Positions 24,321-37,212 are shown, numbered from the whole stretch's first letter. The stretch is DNA of 63,782 nt, filler included, from Folioceros fuciformis (GCA_049999805.1; 12 parts of 12 records of this genome joined end to end with filler, not necessarily neighbours in it); one strand, 5' to 3'. Notes: a model not told the origin generated them from the letters alone. Numbers and translations are program-made.

Positions 24321-27297
24321 TCAGCCAAATTCTGTGACTGCGCTATCTGCAACCATGCCAATCAAGAACGGACTTGTAATGCGAGGCCTGGTTCCATGAC
24401 CAACGCCGAGTACACCATACCAAGCGACAACAAGCACACGGTGTGAAGGAGAGGAGAGGGTCAAGGCACATACTTTTTTCTTTTCTGGTGGATCCTCCAG
24501 CAAAATGCTCCAACACCGAAGCCACAGCTAGCCAGGCCTATGCCAACTGCGGCGCCCATTGGAACAGATACTACAGAACTGTTGGTCCCTTCCTCCACAT
24601 CAGCGGCCACAGAAAGATCACGATTCACAGACTTCGATGATGCTTCTGTATAGCTCGGAATCAGCAAAGAGCCGTAGGTTGTCAAAATAAATGACAAGAC
24701 TTCAGTCTCATCCCATTTTGGTCCTTGCTCTGCACTATCTTCAGTCTCCTGCATACAAGCAGGACATACACTCTTTGGGGGCCAGATCACCTTCGGATAT
24801 TTGGGATCTCCACCAGAACCTTCCTCTTTCATCAATCGGCCGTTCACCTGCGCCAGATGGAATCGTTGACGCTATATGTTTTTTTTCCGCACAAAACCTG
24901 TGGCAGCAGCTTGTCCTACAATTCTGTCCTGTTTGTAGCAAAAATAAAGGCACAATTGGAGAGCATAATGACAGTCGACTACTTCAAAACCAACCTCATT
25001 GTGAGCCCGCCAAAGCCACAATACAAGCTCATGCCGAGACGAGGCAGTGCCGTTCAGACTGCACAAAACTCGGTGAACAGATTCAACAGAAATGAGTTTT
25101 CTTCAAATACCAAGCCAACCTTTCAAACGCTATAAATAGATCAACCCGGACCACGTCCAAATAAGCCTGGACAACGGTAGTCTACCTGGTTTTCAATTCT
25201 GCAAAGTGTGCACGGCATTCTTGACAGGGGAAGAAATGAAGTACAAAATCCTGGATGGCTTTCAAAGTTGATGCGCTTTCCCAATCATCAACTCGTACTG
25301 AAAGTGAATGGAAGAGAAGCCAGAGTCCGCAACTACACAAAGGGCCACCCACGTATTGATATTTAGAATAACCCATAGGGAACCTGAGAAAATTGGAGTG
25401 CAAACTGGCAGAAAGAACCCAATTTCTGCTTGCAATGCCTCACAACATGAAACAAAAGATAGCTCCTGGTAGATCATTTCCGTGGCCACCATCCACAGGG
25501 TTTCCGTTTTCCAAGGATAGGGCATGCACCTGTAGCCACGGGTATCACGTTTGCTTCCTCGGCAAGTCCTCTGCACATTTAAAGCACCGCAATTGTCAAA
25601 GTTCATGGTCAGGTGATACACAAGTGTGTGACCATATTCAGACAAGCTCAAAGTTTAGGGCAGACCCATCCGCGTGGACGACTCTTTCCACAGACATCTA
25701 CATCTTTAAGGGCATTAAAATTTGCTCCCGGTTGATCCCTGATAGCTTCGTTGACTATGACGCTCTTTGAAGAGGGCCACAGATCATCTAAAGTAGAAAG
25801 AACTTCTGCACTTCCTATTCGACACCTGTTGCAATAACGGGAAGAGGGTAATCAGATTGAGGCCCCGAGTACAGTTTCACTCTGACTTGTAAGGGGTAGA
25901 GACGTCGCAGGTACCTTTTCGAAGGATGGTGCAACACGAGTAGTTGCAAAAAATTGACGAATGCCGATTTGCTCTCAGGCTTGAGCATCTACTCAAGGCA
26001 CGGGATGAATAGGATGAGCTTCTGACAAGCAGAGGAGAATAAGGACAACTAACAAAGTTACTGCTATGTGTGTTTGCCTAAAGAAATTCACATGAGCTTA
26101 CGTTGCTGTCCAATATTATTTTAACCGCCTCTACAGTAACTTCCTCTGTGTCGTGAACTTGCACGGGAACCTGCACACTTCAAACAGCACTCAAAACTGT
26201 GTCCTACCCAGCTATCAGCATATAAGAAACAAATAGGAGTACAGACCAACCTGCACATATGAGGTTCCACCTAATTCCCCAGATTCCACCGGTGGAGCAC
26301 CAAACTCATAGTTCCTGGTTGAAAGCAGGAATGGTCATCAGGATTGCTTCTCCTCGCAGCATGCTAACACTGCACAGCCTCAAACATAATTGGTTCCACA
26401 CTCCCTTGACTATTCCAAGACATTACCTTCCAGATCGATTATTGATCCATTGCAGCAATTTGTCTGCATTTCGAGCACCTTCAATCTCCACTGTGTCACG
26501 ACTGCTTCGTTTGCCCAAGGTCAACTCGTACGGGCGGCCCCAGTATAAGGTGGGGAAGTGCCCAACTTCAAATTGGTCACAAAGTCCTCTGTTGACCTGT
26601 GCTGTCAGGCCGTCCAATGACAGTCAGAGCAGTGGAGAGCAGCTTGATGCATGGCAAGATGCTACGGTCTGTGCAGCAACGGAAACCCCGCCATACAGCG
26701 ACTACGATCAAGGAGACTCAAAGCGAGATGCCTTTCACCAGGCTGCATACCGGTAGAGCACAGTCCACCTTCGCCATGTACAAATGACCCGGGTAGGGAG
26801 CGGAGTGGCCATTGAAAAGTCTTGCAACACGCTCATAGTGCGGCTGGAAGGGGCACCATCTATCAGTTTGCAAGCCTTACAGAAGAACTGGGTGCCAACC
26901 ATCACCATGTTGTCGAGGAGAAAGGATGAAGCTTCACCCATTTACCTTATACTTCTGACAAGCAGGGCACCTGTATCCCATCACTACCCAGTTACACAGT
27001 GTACTAAAGCATTCTCCCAACTTCACAGGCGTCTTAATGCAGCTGAAAGAGCTACAAACTACACTGCCCAACACCTATTGCAGCAGCCACGTACCAATTC
27101 GCAAAGAATTCTACAATAGCGTAGGGAGTGGGCTGCGAGACAAGAGTCTGGTTGAAGGTGTCCCTGTCTAGTTCCACCGCGGCGTCAGTCGATTCACCGT
27201 GCACGAGCTTCTGAGAGTGACGTCCGGCCGAAGCAGGAACCACAAGCAGCAGCAGAAGCCAGAACTGAAAGGCCCAGATTCGCCATGGCTGCCACAT
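24321..27297 (-). CDS. QSOX: Sulfhydryl oxidase QSOX (thioredoxin + ERV/ALR domain), multi-exon
   Basis: Signal peptide, EFFANW|CPAC, CRGSKRDTRGY, CGLWLLFHSLSV, FFPCQECRAHF, LWLWRAHNEV, WPPKSVCPAC, C-terminal TM helix. Last exon uncertain (stop at 24461 or 24321). Confidence 0.93.
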
Positions 27298-27874
27298 GCT
27301 GCTGCCTCCCGCGTGCACCCGGCAATGGGCAATGGCAGCGGGACCCAGGGCCGCTCAAAATGCAAAAGTTGATGAACGGCTTCGGGGGCGCATTTATAGA
27401 GGTTTGCCTCTAGATTCCCCCTAGAGGGTAAATTGTGGATGTTTGTGACTTTGTTGCTCCTTTTCCGTGTCTCGGCGGTAGCATTCTGGTGGGTTGCTGG
27501 ATTTGGTCCCGGACGAGCCGAAACAGGTGTGAGTGGGATTCTGTTTCTTTCCCAACCCAAAGAGCCCGAGCGTGAAGAAGGCCTTGTCCTGTACGCCCGC
27601 GCTGCCTGTCGGACTCACGTCCGAACGATATTCACGTTGAGCGCCATTTTGGAGCAAGCATGAGCAGGGAGTTGCCAAGAGAGAAGGTGTGCGCTTTCGG
27701 CGCTGCGGCTGCTGCGTCTTGACTGCAGAGCTGCTGGTGCCCCGGTGGGACTTGTTTGGTCCCTCTACCACCCAATGTTGTTTCCGTGCTCTCCTCACAG
27801 GCGGTGGACGGTGGACAGTTTTAGAGGGTTTGGGACCTGCTTTTCGATGCCCTGGGTGGATCATGGTTTTAGCT

Positions 27875-30589
27875 ATGAGAAGGAAGGCACACGGTTTCCG
27901 GCGATGGCATTGGAAAGCTTCCATGCTGTTCCTGGGGATCGCCGGGATTGTGTTGATGCTCAGGCTGCACTATATGCTATCGCCCTCTGATACTGTCTAT
28001 GACCTCACCCTTCTCTCGAGCTCACCAGCCAGGCCTAAACTCGCTTTCTTGTTCTTGGCACGGAATCGCATGCCCCTGGAATTTCTGTGGGAGCACTTCT
28101 TCAGGGTACGCTTTCGCCATCTGTTAGAAGAGTGTAAAGCCCAAAGATAGAGGCTGCTCCCCACACCAAGAAGCCGATTTACTTGCAATCCAATTTTTAT
28201 GAGCTGGCACGCAGGGATCTGAAGGCCATGACTTCAGCATATACATTCATGCAAGGCCTGGTTTCGTGTTCACCGAGGAAACAACGCACTGCCAATTTTT
28301 CATTGACCGCCAGATGAAGAACAGCATCCAGGTGGGCGGTGCCTCTGGCCCAGTCACGTGATTTGAGTGGTACATGGGCTCTTCTCACGTGGATCAATGT
28401 TCAGGTAGAATGGGGAGAAGCAAGCATGATAGAGGCGGAGCACCTCCTACTGTCTAAAGCCTTGGAGGATCCTGCCAATGAGCGGTTTATACTGCTGTCC
28501 GACAGGTTAGTCACGACTGGTTTCGTAATGGTTTCCAAATCAACGCGTTCTGCATCATTCTCCTCACTGGAGTTGATATGCCTGTCGTGCAGTCCTTCGT
28601 GGGCAGCAATTGCTCCTCCTGTTTATGTTCTGAAGCATCCATGGCGCACTCTAACCTCCTTACCCCGAATTCATCCGATTGCTGCAGCTGTATTCCCCTG
28701 TACAATTTTAGCTACACCTATGAGTACATCATGTCGTCGAACAAGAGCTTTTTGGACAGGTTCGTGTGATGTAAATCGTGGTGCTCTCGACTCCGTGCAC
28801 CTGCTCGTAGAATTGCTTGTAGTGATCCGGCTGGGCGATATTGCGTCGAAAGGTTGCCATGGTGTTGGGACTTGTCCGACTTTGACTGCATTTTGCTTAG
28901 GATTTGAATGTCTTCCATAGCGTTGTCAGACCAAACTCATCCAGGCCGTATTGCTTGCTTGGACAGCTTCATTGACAAGCAGGATAAACAGCATAATCCG
29001 AAGATGGCTCCCACTATACCAAGGGAGAAGTGGAGAAAAGGATCACAGGTCCGTACTGTGTTGCACCTGAAGTTCTGGTGTTTCTGTTGCTCTTGCTAGT
29101 GCGTGGGCGCTACAATTTAGAGTGGTATGACGTGTTGATTTACCTGAATTTTGCTCACCCCCACAGTGGCTGACTTATTGAGAAGTGGTTGTGAACAGTG
29201 GTTCGTGTTGATTAGGAAGCATGCCGAATTGGTGGTCGCTGACGAAACCATTTTTCCAGTATTTCGCAAGCATTGCAAGGTACCTGTCTGCAGTGTTCTG
29301 TGGCTTGTGACATCATAGGAGTTGATGTAATCGTTGCTACGGTAAGGGCCGTATCAGCCGCCCTGAGGTTTGTTCTTGATCAATTGTCACAGCGGAGTTC
29401 ACTGCCTGAATTTTGGAGGGAATCGGATTTGGTAAGTACGTCATTAAAAATGATTGAGGATCTTGGGCAATTTAATGCTTGCACTTGTGGCGGCGCAATA
29501 CCCTGGTCAGATTTCCTGATCTTCATAATGCACCCACCAGATTGCTTTTAACAAGACAGGTTCACACGCTAACTGCATACCAGATGAGCACTACATCCAG
29601 ACATTAATTGCGGTGCGTTTCCCTTTAACCTCAGCTCGGTGTTTTTATTGCTGGTTAGGCAACCTGAATGAATGCTGAAGGTTTGACATGCGTTATCTAG
29701 TTTCGTTGGCACACAGGGTCGATGGTGTGGGAAAATTCCTGTGTTTTGGGATGTCCCTCTTCCGTCAAGGATGGACGTGGGTAGTACGTCTTACAGTACC
29801 TGAATTTTTCCAGCTTTTGAGTTTGCTTGGCTGCAAACGATTTGCTCAGAAGCACCCGCTTCCATGTCAGGCAATTTGAATGTGTCCGTGCTGGAGAGTT
29901 CCTGCCTTTCCCTACACTGTGGTCAGACATGCTTCAGTGTTTGGAGAGGTATGGCTTTGCTGTGGTAGACGTGAATGGTTCCAGCCGTTTGTCAGTCTGA
30001 CCGCGGTCCATGTTGAAGAGGTTGAAGTTTTGTATGTCCACCATGGGCTCTCGTCCGTGTCCTGGAAGGCTTTCCTGGTGGTTAAGTTTGTTTCGTGGTT
30101 GAAAGAGTTATGTCCGGTCCAAGCCTGGAAGGAGTATTTTTCGTCATGATTCTTCATTTTGTTGAGGCATTTGCTCAAAACATGTGGTTTCTTCCGCAGA
30201 TTAAAGGAAGCGAAGAAGAGCTTGAGCGGAGAACTCTCACCTACAGCCTTTGGAAGGTCACAGACAAGGGAAGGCAGGGGTGGCACCCGGTGACATTCAA
30301 TTTTGCAGAAGCCTCTTTGAAGGTCGTCAAGGATATACAGGTGAGCATTGCGTTGCTATGCCCTGTAAGATACTCGAGATGCAGCCCTGATACATGTGTA
30401 ATCGTTCCTGCCGTGCAGGCAATAAGAAGTGTATACTATGCAAGCGAATCAAGAACCGAGTGGTGCAGGTCAAATGGTGTGCCCCGTCCTTGCTACCTAT
30501 TTGCAAGGAAGTTTACTCGAGGAGCTGGGGTTAGACTGTACAATCAGATAAAGCGACCTGGGCAAGCGCTCGAAGCTCACAAATTGTAA
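27875..30589 (+). CDS. Core-2/I-branching beta-1,6-GlcNAc transferase family (DUF266/BC10-like) glycosyltransferase, multi-exon
   Basis: N-terminal TM, PKLAFLFLARNRMPL, VEWGEASMIEAE, DPANERFILLSD, CIPLYNF, WRKGSQW, NCIPDEHYIQT, CYLFARKFTRGA. Confidence 0.93.
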
Positions 30590-30669
30590 AGATTTCTGTT
30601 GGTGATGACACATTCAATTGATTTCATTTTAGATTCCTGTCATCCCTACCGCGAGCACATTTGAGCGGT

Positions 30670-30741
30670 AGGAGGCAATCAGGATTTAACTGATGACCTA
30701 TCGGACTGCAACCGGTTGCTCTACCACTGAGCTATACCTCC
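30670..30741 (-). tRNA. trnC-GCA: tRNA-Cys(GCA), atypical / possible pseudogene
   Basis: GGAGGTA TAGCTCAGTGGTAGAGC A ACCGG TTGCAGT CCGAT AGGTC ATCAG TTAAATC CTGAT TGCCTCC T: 72-nt cloverleaf with U73 discriminator. T-loop lacks TTC and the anticodon stem has one mismatch. Confidence 0.8.
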
Positions 30742-30940
30742 TTGCCTGTGCAGAAACTGGTTTTTCTAACAACACTACGTAACCTTTAAGCTAACTACTC
30801 CCCACTTTCTAGGGCTCCATATGTTACTACTAAATACGTTTTTTTGCATGGTCCATAAACTCCTACTTAAGATATATGTTGTACTTCTATGAAAGTGATG
30901 GAGGTTCGGTTGCAGTGGAAGTAGCCTTCTTGTCTCTCTT

Positions 30941-31120
30941 CGAGGGGGATTGAGGATTTGTGCCTTCTTCGAGGGGGTTGAGGATATGTGATAGCTATGT
31001 GTAGACCTCCTTGTCTCTCCCCCCCCATTCTTAGAGGGGGTTGAGGATTTGTGGTAGCCATGTCCAGATCTCCTTGTGTCTTCTGCATTTCCGCGAGGGG
31101 GTTGAGGATTTGTGATAACA
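30941..31120. repeat. Imperfect tandem repeat, 4 copies of core GAGGGGGTTGAGGATTTGTG
   Basis: Direct reading of the sequence. Confidence 0.75.
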
Positions 31121-32089
31121 ATGTAACCTTGGGCTGCCANNNNNNNNNNNNNNNNNNNNNNNNNNNNNNNNNNNNNNNNNNNNTTAATTAATTAANNNNN
31201 NNNNNNNNNNNNNNNNNNNNNNNNNNNNNNNNNNNNNNNTGAGCTGGATGAGCGCAAGGATTGAGCTTGAGCGTGAGCGGAGGACACGGGATGCAGGCAT
31301 AACAACTTAGCCCGTATCCTACTCAAGTGTTTTGTTAGAGTTTTGTTTGTACATGAACTCATTCGAGGGGTTATGTATTTCTTATATACTTTTAAATCTG
31401 TTCATTGCAACCAAGAGGGAGTAATGAAATTATTAAGTCACCTAAAGTTAGGTTGATTAAGTGTTTGTGGTTTTATGAATAGTTATAACCACCTACACAA
31501 ACTTTGCATATATCTTTGGATTTCCTGGAAACTAATAACTGCTTTTATTCTTCCTTCACGGGCATGCTAGCATCGACGCTCTCTCACTCTCTCGTGCCCC
31601 TCGCAATCCACAATAACATTACTGGAAAGCCGAGAGGGAGCGTGAGTTTCGTGAAACTCCTTTGAGCCGTCCGGCTGTTATTTTTTCCCTTTCTCACCCC
31701 GCCACCTAATTGGACCGTGTTTTATGTTGAGAAGGGGTCTATGTGGCCTGTGAGGGGACTGTGTGTCCCAAGGAGGAGGATTGAGTGAAGATTTGATGTA
31801 GGTGAGGTGTGAGTGTCTAGAATTTTGAAGTGCTGAGGAAGATTGGTGACAAATTGAGTGGAGATTTGGTGTGTGAGAAGTGTGAGTGTATGAGATTGTG
31901 AAGTGCTGAAGAAGATTGGAGGCAGATTGCATGGAGGATCAGTGATGCAGTGAAGCGCTGTGGTGTGGGTGGCCCTAATCTGTAGCTACCAACGAATACT
32001 GGATGTAAAATAGCATGAGCATAGCTTGGTGTGCATGAGAATCAGCTTGTATAGGCCATAGCTCCTTCACAAGCGTGGAGTTTGTGAAG

Positions 32090-33878
32090 GAGCTTATATT
32101 GTATGAAACGAGATCGGAGCTTGAGCCACATTCGAAACAATCGATGAGTCCATATTTGTGTTTAACACCCGGTCTACTTTTGTAATTGTGACATTCAAGA
32201 ACGTCCCCTGTCCTTGACTGCCATTTCAAAATAGGCGTTCAATCACTATCGGATGGCTAGGTCTCTTACCATAGTCTATCTGTAATCAAGGTCCCTAATG
32301 TACTAGCCTGTGTCTCAATCTTCGATCTAATAAATGCTTCTCCCGTGTGTAATCCCTCGTGGCATGACATCCCCATCCTCCACTATGCATCTCTCTTCAC
32401 CCATCTCTCATTACAGGAAATGGCATACCACGATTGCCTCGCCCAGGTTTACCACCTCTTAGTCTAAGCGGTGAAACCATGTTCAACCGATGAAACATGT
32501 CGAACTAGTGAAATTGGGTTTAAGCTTAAACAACCATTTGGCTTAAACCTTAAAGCACTTTGCAAGCATGCTATGCACCGTGCTTACGTTTCGATGGAGT
32601 GCCCACTCAACGTCCAAATCCCACCACTCGGACATTTCAGTACAAACACGTTAGATTGGCAAATCCAGAAGCAACTGCAAGTTGCATACATTCAATGGAG
32701 TCATGTGGAGGATTTCGTGGCTGGAGAAAGTCTCTAGTGTGCGGGGTTGTAGGGCTGTAGGGATGTGTTGCTTCTACCACAACCTCACCTTTTGCGTATG
32801 CTCTTAGGTCGTGGAAGCTAATGCAATCGGTTGGGTTGCAGTTTACCGTTGGTTTTTACCGTAATGGAGGAGGAGGGGGTATTGCAAATCCTTAGAGGCG
32901 TTGGAGGTGAACCACGAACGGCAAGGCAAGGCCAGGTACCAACCTGGTTGCGTGAGCATGCTTCCACCTGCAAGAGCTTGCAGTTCGATGGTGGGCGGTC
33001 TTGTTCACTCTTGCTAAGTGCTCAGCTGGATTTGCCTTGTCCTTCGTAGCCTTTGCTGAATGGTTGGAGGTGCAATCATCTTGGACATATCTCCCTCCTA
33101 GCAATAATGTAGGTAGGAGGGATTCGTGCTTGTTTTGCTAACACGGTTGGTTTAATTGTTTACGCATGTGTGTGATTATCTGCATGTTTGCAAGAAATAG
33201 GCGATCTGGAATGTTCAAAATTTTCTATCAAAAGTTTTGGGCTGTCGCCCCCCAGGCCCATACCTCAAAAGACAAGCGAGATGCTCCGGCGCCTCCTTGC
33301 CTGCATGCTTCCTAGCTCTGGCTCCTTGCTCTAGGGTCTCCTTGCCTTGCTCCTCAAAAGACCGCACACCGTTTCACAGGTTCAACATGGTTTTGATGCT
33401 TAGACTAGGAGGTGGCAAAACGGGGCGACATGAATATAGACGATCTCGGTTCGAGGAATATTGACGATCTCGGTTCGAGGAATATAGGCGATCTCGGTTC
33501 GAGGAATACAGGCGATCTCGGTTCGAGGAATACAGGCGATCTCGGTTCGAGGTATGTGATTTCCTGCACACGAAGAGAGTGCATTACGGAGGACGGGGAT
33601 GCCATGCCAGGGGGATTACACACGAGAGATGCATTCATTGGATCGGAGATTGAGACGCAAGCTAGTACATTAGGGACCTTGATTACGGATAGACTATGAT
33701 AAGAAATCTAACCGTCCGACAGTGATTGAACGCCTACTTTGAAGTGGCAGTCAAGGACAGGGGACGTCCTTAAGTGTCACAATTACAATAGTAGACCGGG
33801 TGTTAGACAGATATATGAAATCATCGGTTGTTTCGGATGTGGCTTAGGCTCCGGTCTCGTTTCATACAATATAAGCTC
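32090..33878. mobile_element. Non-autonomous long-TIR (Mutator-like/foldback) element
   Basis: Inverted arms 32090-~32496 and ~33371-33878, both ending GAGCTTATATTGTATGAAACGAG. Internal remnant LNVQIPPLGHFSTNTLDW..VAYIQWSHVEDFVAGES. No TSD found. Confidence 0.65.
33432..33551. repeat. 24-bp tandem repeat x5 (GAATAYAGRCGATCTCGGTTCGAG)
   Basis: Head-to-tail units with no spacers. Confidence 0.95.
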
Positions 33879-34168
33879 GTCCTCCAAAACAGCCTCTACC
33901 CTATGCCTGACTAGTACTGATGCACAACCAAGCTTACCCAAACTGCAGGAAACTGGGGGCCTGTGGAGAGAAGGAACAACGATATGCACAAAACGGGCCT
34001 TCACCGTTGCGGTGAGCACGCCACACATACCCCCTCCCTGACGACAACTTACCACTTAGCTAGGCTTGTCTATCTTCATCCATTTCCTTTGACACTGACT
34101 TCCGCTGACCACCTTCACCCACCGGACCTTCAAAAGCGGTGCCCGCGGACATCCTCTGCCAGTAAAGC

Positions 34169-35184
34169 CTATGAATCTGGAGGGTCGTACTCACCAGTGA
34201 AGGGATCTGGGAAATATTTATGGGTGAAAAGTCGGCGGTGCTCAGGAGGATTGTGGCTCAGGATCTGCCTGATCCTCTCCTCTCTCGCAGCTTCTTCCTC
34301 GGGCGTGAGCTTGGGTTGAGGTCTGTAAGTTTCCCTATACCTTGGCCTGGGTCGATTCTCCTGTGGAGCATTCGGATCTCCCTGCCTATTTGCCCACTGC
34401 CCACCGCCCCCCTGCTGGTATCCCTGACCCTGGTTTCCGTACCCTCCCTGGTTCCCAAACTGACGAGGAGGCCTGGCAACTGGAGCCGGCAGCTGAGACA
34501 ACTGCCCTTGCACCCAGGCAGGCGTGGTGGGACTCTCGATCCAGAGCTTGTCTCTGGTTCCCTTCTTCACAAAGTCAGGGTCGCTGGGAAACCTCTGCAC
34601 GCATTCACACACAAAGCACAGTGAACCACAGCTTTGACAAAGAAGACCGACATTTACAAACATACTTCAGAGGAGCTTCCTTCCACGTCTGAGCGTAAAA
34701 TCCGGCCTCACCTTCTTGCCCCTATCGTCCCAGAACTGCGACGGATTGGAGAAGAGCGACCGCCACAGCTGCTCCGCATTAGGGTCTACTTGGCCCCCTG
34801 CAGGCCACAAACACGATGCAGCAATAGGCAAGCGGGACAAACCAATGACACTCATCGCCTCACAACCCACGATCACGTACCAGAGCTGGGGTTCCCAGGC
34901 TGCTGCTGCTGCTGCAAAGGTTGCTGCGGATAAGCAGGGGCCGGGGGAGCCTGGCTCACATAACCCTCCACCCCGGGTACTCCGCCGTCGGCAGGATACT
35001 GCGCCTGCACCACAGTGGACCTAAGAGCAGGCGTGGTGACCAGGTACCGAGGCCGGAGAGGGCTCCTGAGCCTGAATCCGACGCCGGGAAGCAGCCTCAT
35101 GCTAATTCCTGAAGAAGACGGGCACAGCCTCACAGCCTTGCACACCACCGCTCCGGTACTGCAAACGGCACTCGCTCCCGCCAT
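34169..35184 (-). CDS. Organelle-targeted protein with a single OSB-type PDF ssDNA-binding motif, 3 exons
   Basis: Exons 35184-34881, 34797-34712 and 34594-34169 splice in frame to give EQLWRSLFSNPSQFWDDRGKKRFPSDPDFVKKGTRDKLWIESPTTPAWV. Transit-peptide-like N-terminus. Confidence 0.8.
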
Positions 35185-35759
35185 CACCTGAGCCTATTCC
35201 TCGTGCTCTCCCTTCACACGTCAGCAGAGGACACGAGACCACAACCTTCCCAATCTGGCACCGAGGTGTAAAGGAAAAGCTGCATCCACCCAGCAACATT
35301 GCACCACGTTACCATGAGCCTCTCACCCAGCTCCTCTATCCTACGATGCAGCACCGGATCACTCCATACCATCACCGCCTACAAACGCCTGAACCCAGCT
35401 CTCGGTTGCCAGAGCCACACCCAGGCCCAAAATGTTATCAGCAGCTTTTCTCCCGCACGTCTCCTGGTCGACGGCGGCTGAATCAAGGGAGTAGAACCTT
35501 AAACCCTACCCCCTGTTGTAAGAAATATCTTCCATATGTTCGGAAGGTTCGTTTGTAGTGCCCTAGTTTGGCGGCTCAACGGATATCGAACCTCGGCTAC
35601 ATTCAGGGAGCTGCAATTCGTCGGGTGCAGCTGAGATTCTGTCAAGAAAGAAGTTATCTCTGCAGCACTGAAAAATTCTCCGATCTTCAGTGACTGACAT
35701 CTTGAAGGAAACTTGTGGAATTGTTTCATGTAGCGATGCCTGTGTGAAAGAGAGGAGCC

Positions 35760-36022
35760 ATGAGGCTGGGTTGCATCTATGGGCATAATATCAGTGGTGG
35801 CTATGTCGCTGTTTCTGGAATTGGCTTGCAGCAGCAGAGGAGAGCTGGTAAGCTGTGGGCTGCAGGCATTGGGATTGGGAGAGTGGAGACAAGGTGGAGC
35901 AGGAAGGGCTGGAAGAAATGTGATGGCTTCTGCATCGCCGCAACCCAGCAGCAGGAAGCAGCTAGGAAGCTGCAGGATTCGGATTCGTTTCCCATCGTCA
36001 GGTCGTACAAGAATGAACTGTG
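35760..36022 (+). CDS. 5' fragment of a probable plastid-targeted protein (possibly ANGULATA10-like), truncated by gap
   Basis: ATG-initiated open frame running into the gap, transit-peptide-like, ending SFPIVRSYKNEL. Family call is weak recall only. Confidence 0.35.
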
Positions 36023-36122
36023 NNNNNNNNNNNNNNNNNNNNNNNNNNNNNNNNNNNNNNNNNNNNTTAATTAATTAANNNNNNNNNNNNNNNNNNNNNN
36101 NNNNNNNNNNNNNNNNNNNNNN

Positions 36123-36431
36123 TATTTAATAGTATTATTTGATTATTTAATATTATATATCTTTAATTAATATTAAACTAATCACCCAACCCTATGGCCT
36201 GGTACCGAACCTAAACCTTCCCAGGTCTGGGACCAAACCTATACCCACTCTTATAACCAAACCAGCTATTTCCTGGTCAATTAACCTAATTAGCACAAAG
36301 AAAAATAGGAAAAATGACCAGAAAATCAAGAAAAATTAGGGAAAATAAGTTGAAAAAGAAAACCAAACCATACCACTATTAACCCTTTTTCAACCAAAAC
36401 AAACTACTACCCCAAACTTTGGAGGTTCACA
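36123..36431 (-). mobile_element. Repeat family B terminus
   Basis: Reverse complement of 22091-~22400. Ends ...GGTTCACA. Confidence 0.78.
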
Positions 36432-37143
36432 CCTCACATGCCAGTTTTAAACAATGAGCGCAAAAAGTAGTAATGATAATGGCGAAGTAGTAATGATAAT
36501 GGCGGCCGCCTCTGTGAACCTATATACATTGTGGAGTGGCATGGAATGGCATGGAGATAGATTGCTCGCACTCTCCTCCCACTACATCGACATGGGATAC
36601 GGCTTACCCATCAAGATGCGTGCCAACTTCTTGCTTCCAAAGTATCAACTTCTTGCCTCCAAAGTATTAGCCACAAAGGGCATCACACATTCGTTGGGTT
36701 GTTAAGAATGAGTTCGTCCTCATTCAAGAGATATTTTCTAATCAAATAGAGGAAGGGCATGACAACACTTTGATCAACATTTGTGTAGTTAAGGTGTTCA
36801 CCAAACAGTGGTGGGAGGTAATAGTGTAGGATCAAAGGATTTGTGTGTTGGATAACACGAAGAAGTGGGTGGACATGCTCGATGTCATGGAGTTAGCTCC
36901 ATAGTTGCTATCTTGAGCTCCCTGAATATTCAGGGTCTTCGGAGCTTGGGTTTCTTCTCCTCTAGATCTGCTAACAATGGTTCAAGAGCTCAACAATGGG
37001 TGATGAAACCTATCTTAAGCTTGAATGCACACAGGAGTGATGTGCAATTGGATCTCAACCCTGGGTTTGTAGTCTCGCATGGTATGCTAGTAAGAGGGTA
37101 CTCAGAAGGCGCCATTAGAGTCAATCATTCAAACCTTGACCAA

Positions 37144-37178
37144 CAAGCTCAAGCTCAGGCTCAGGCTCAGGCTCAGGA

Positions 37179-37211
<33 letters not shown>

Positions 37212-37212
37212 A
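37144..37212. repeat. (GCTCAG)n hexanucleotide repeat
   Basis: About 11 units read directly. Confidence 0.9.

Noticed and set aside
33432-33551. CRISPR-like array (24-bp palindromic repeats)
   Set aside because: Units are contiguous with no unique spacers, there are no cas genes, and the context is eukaryotic.
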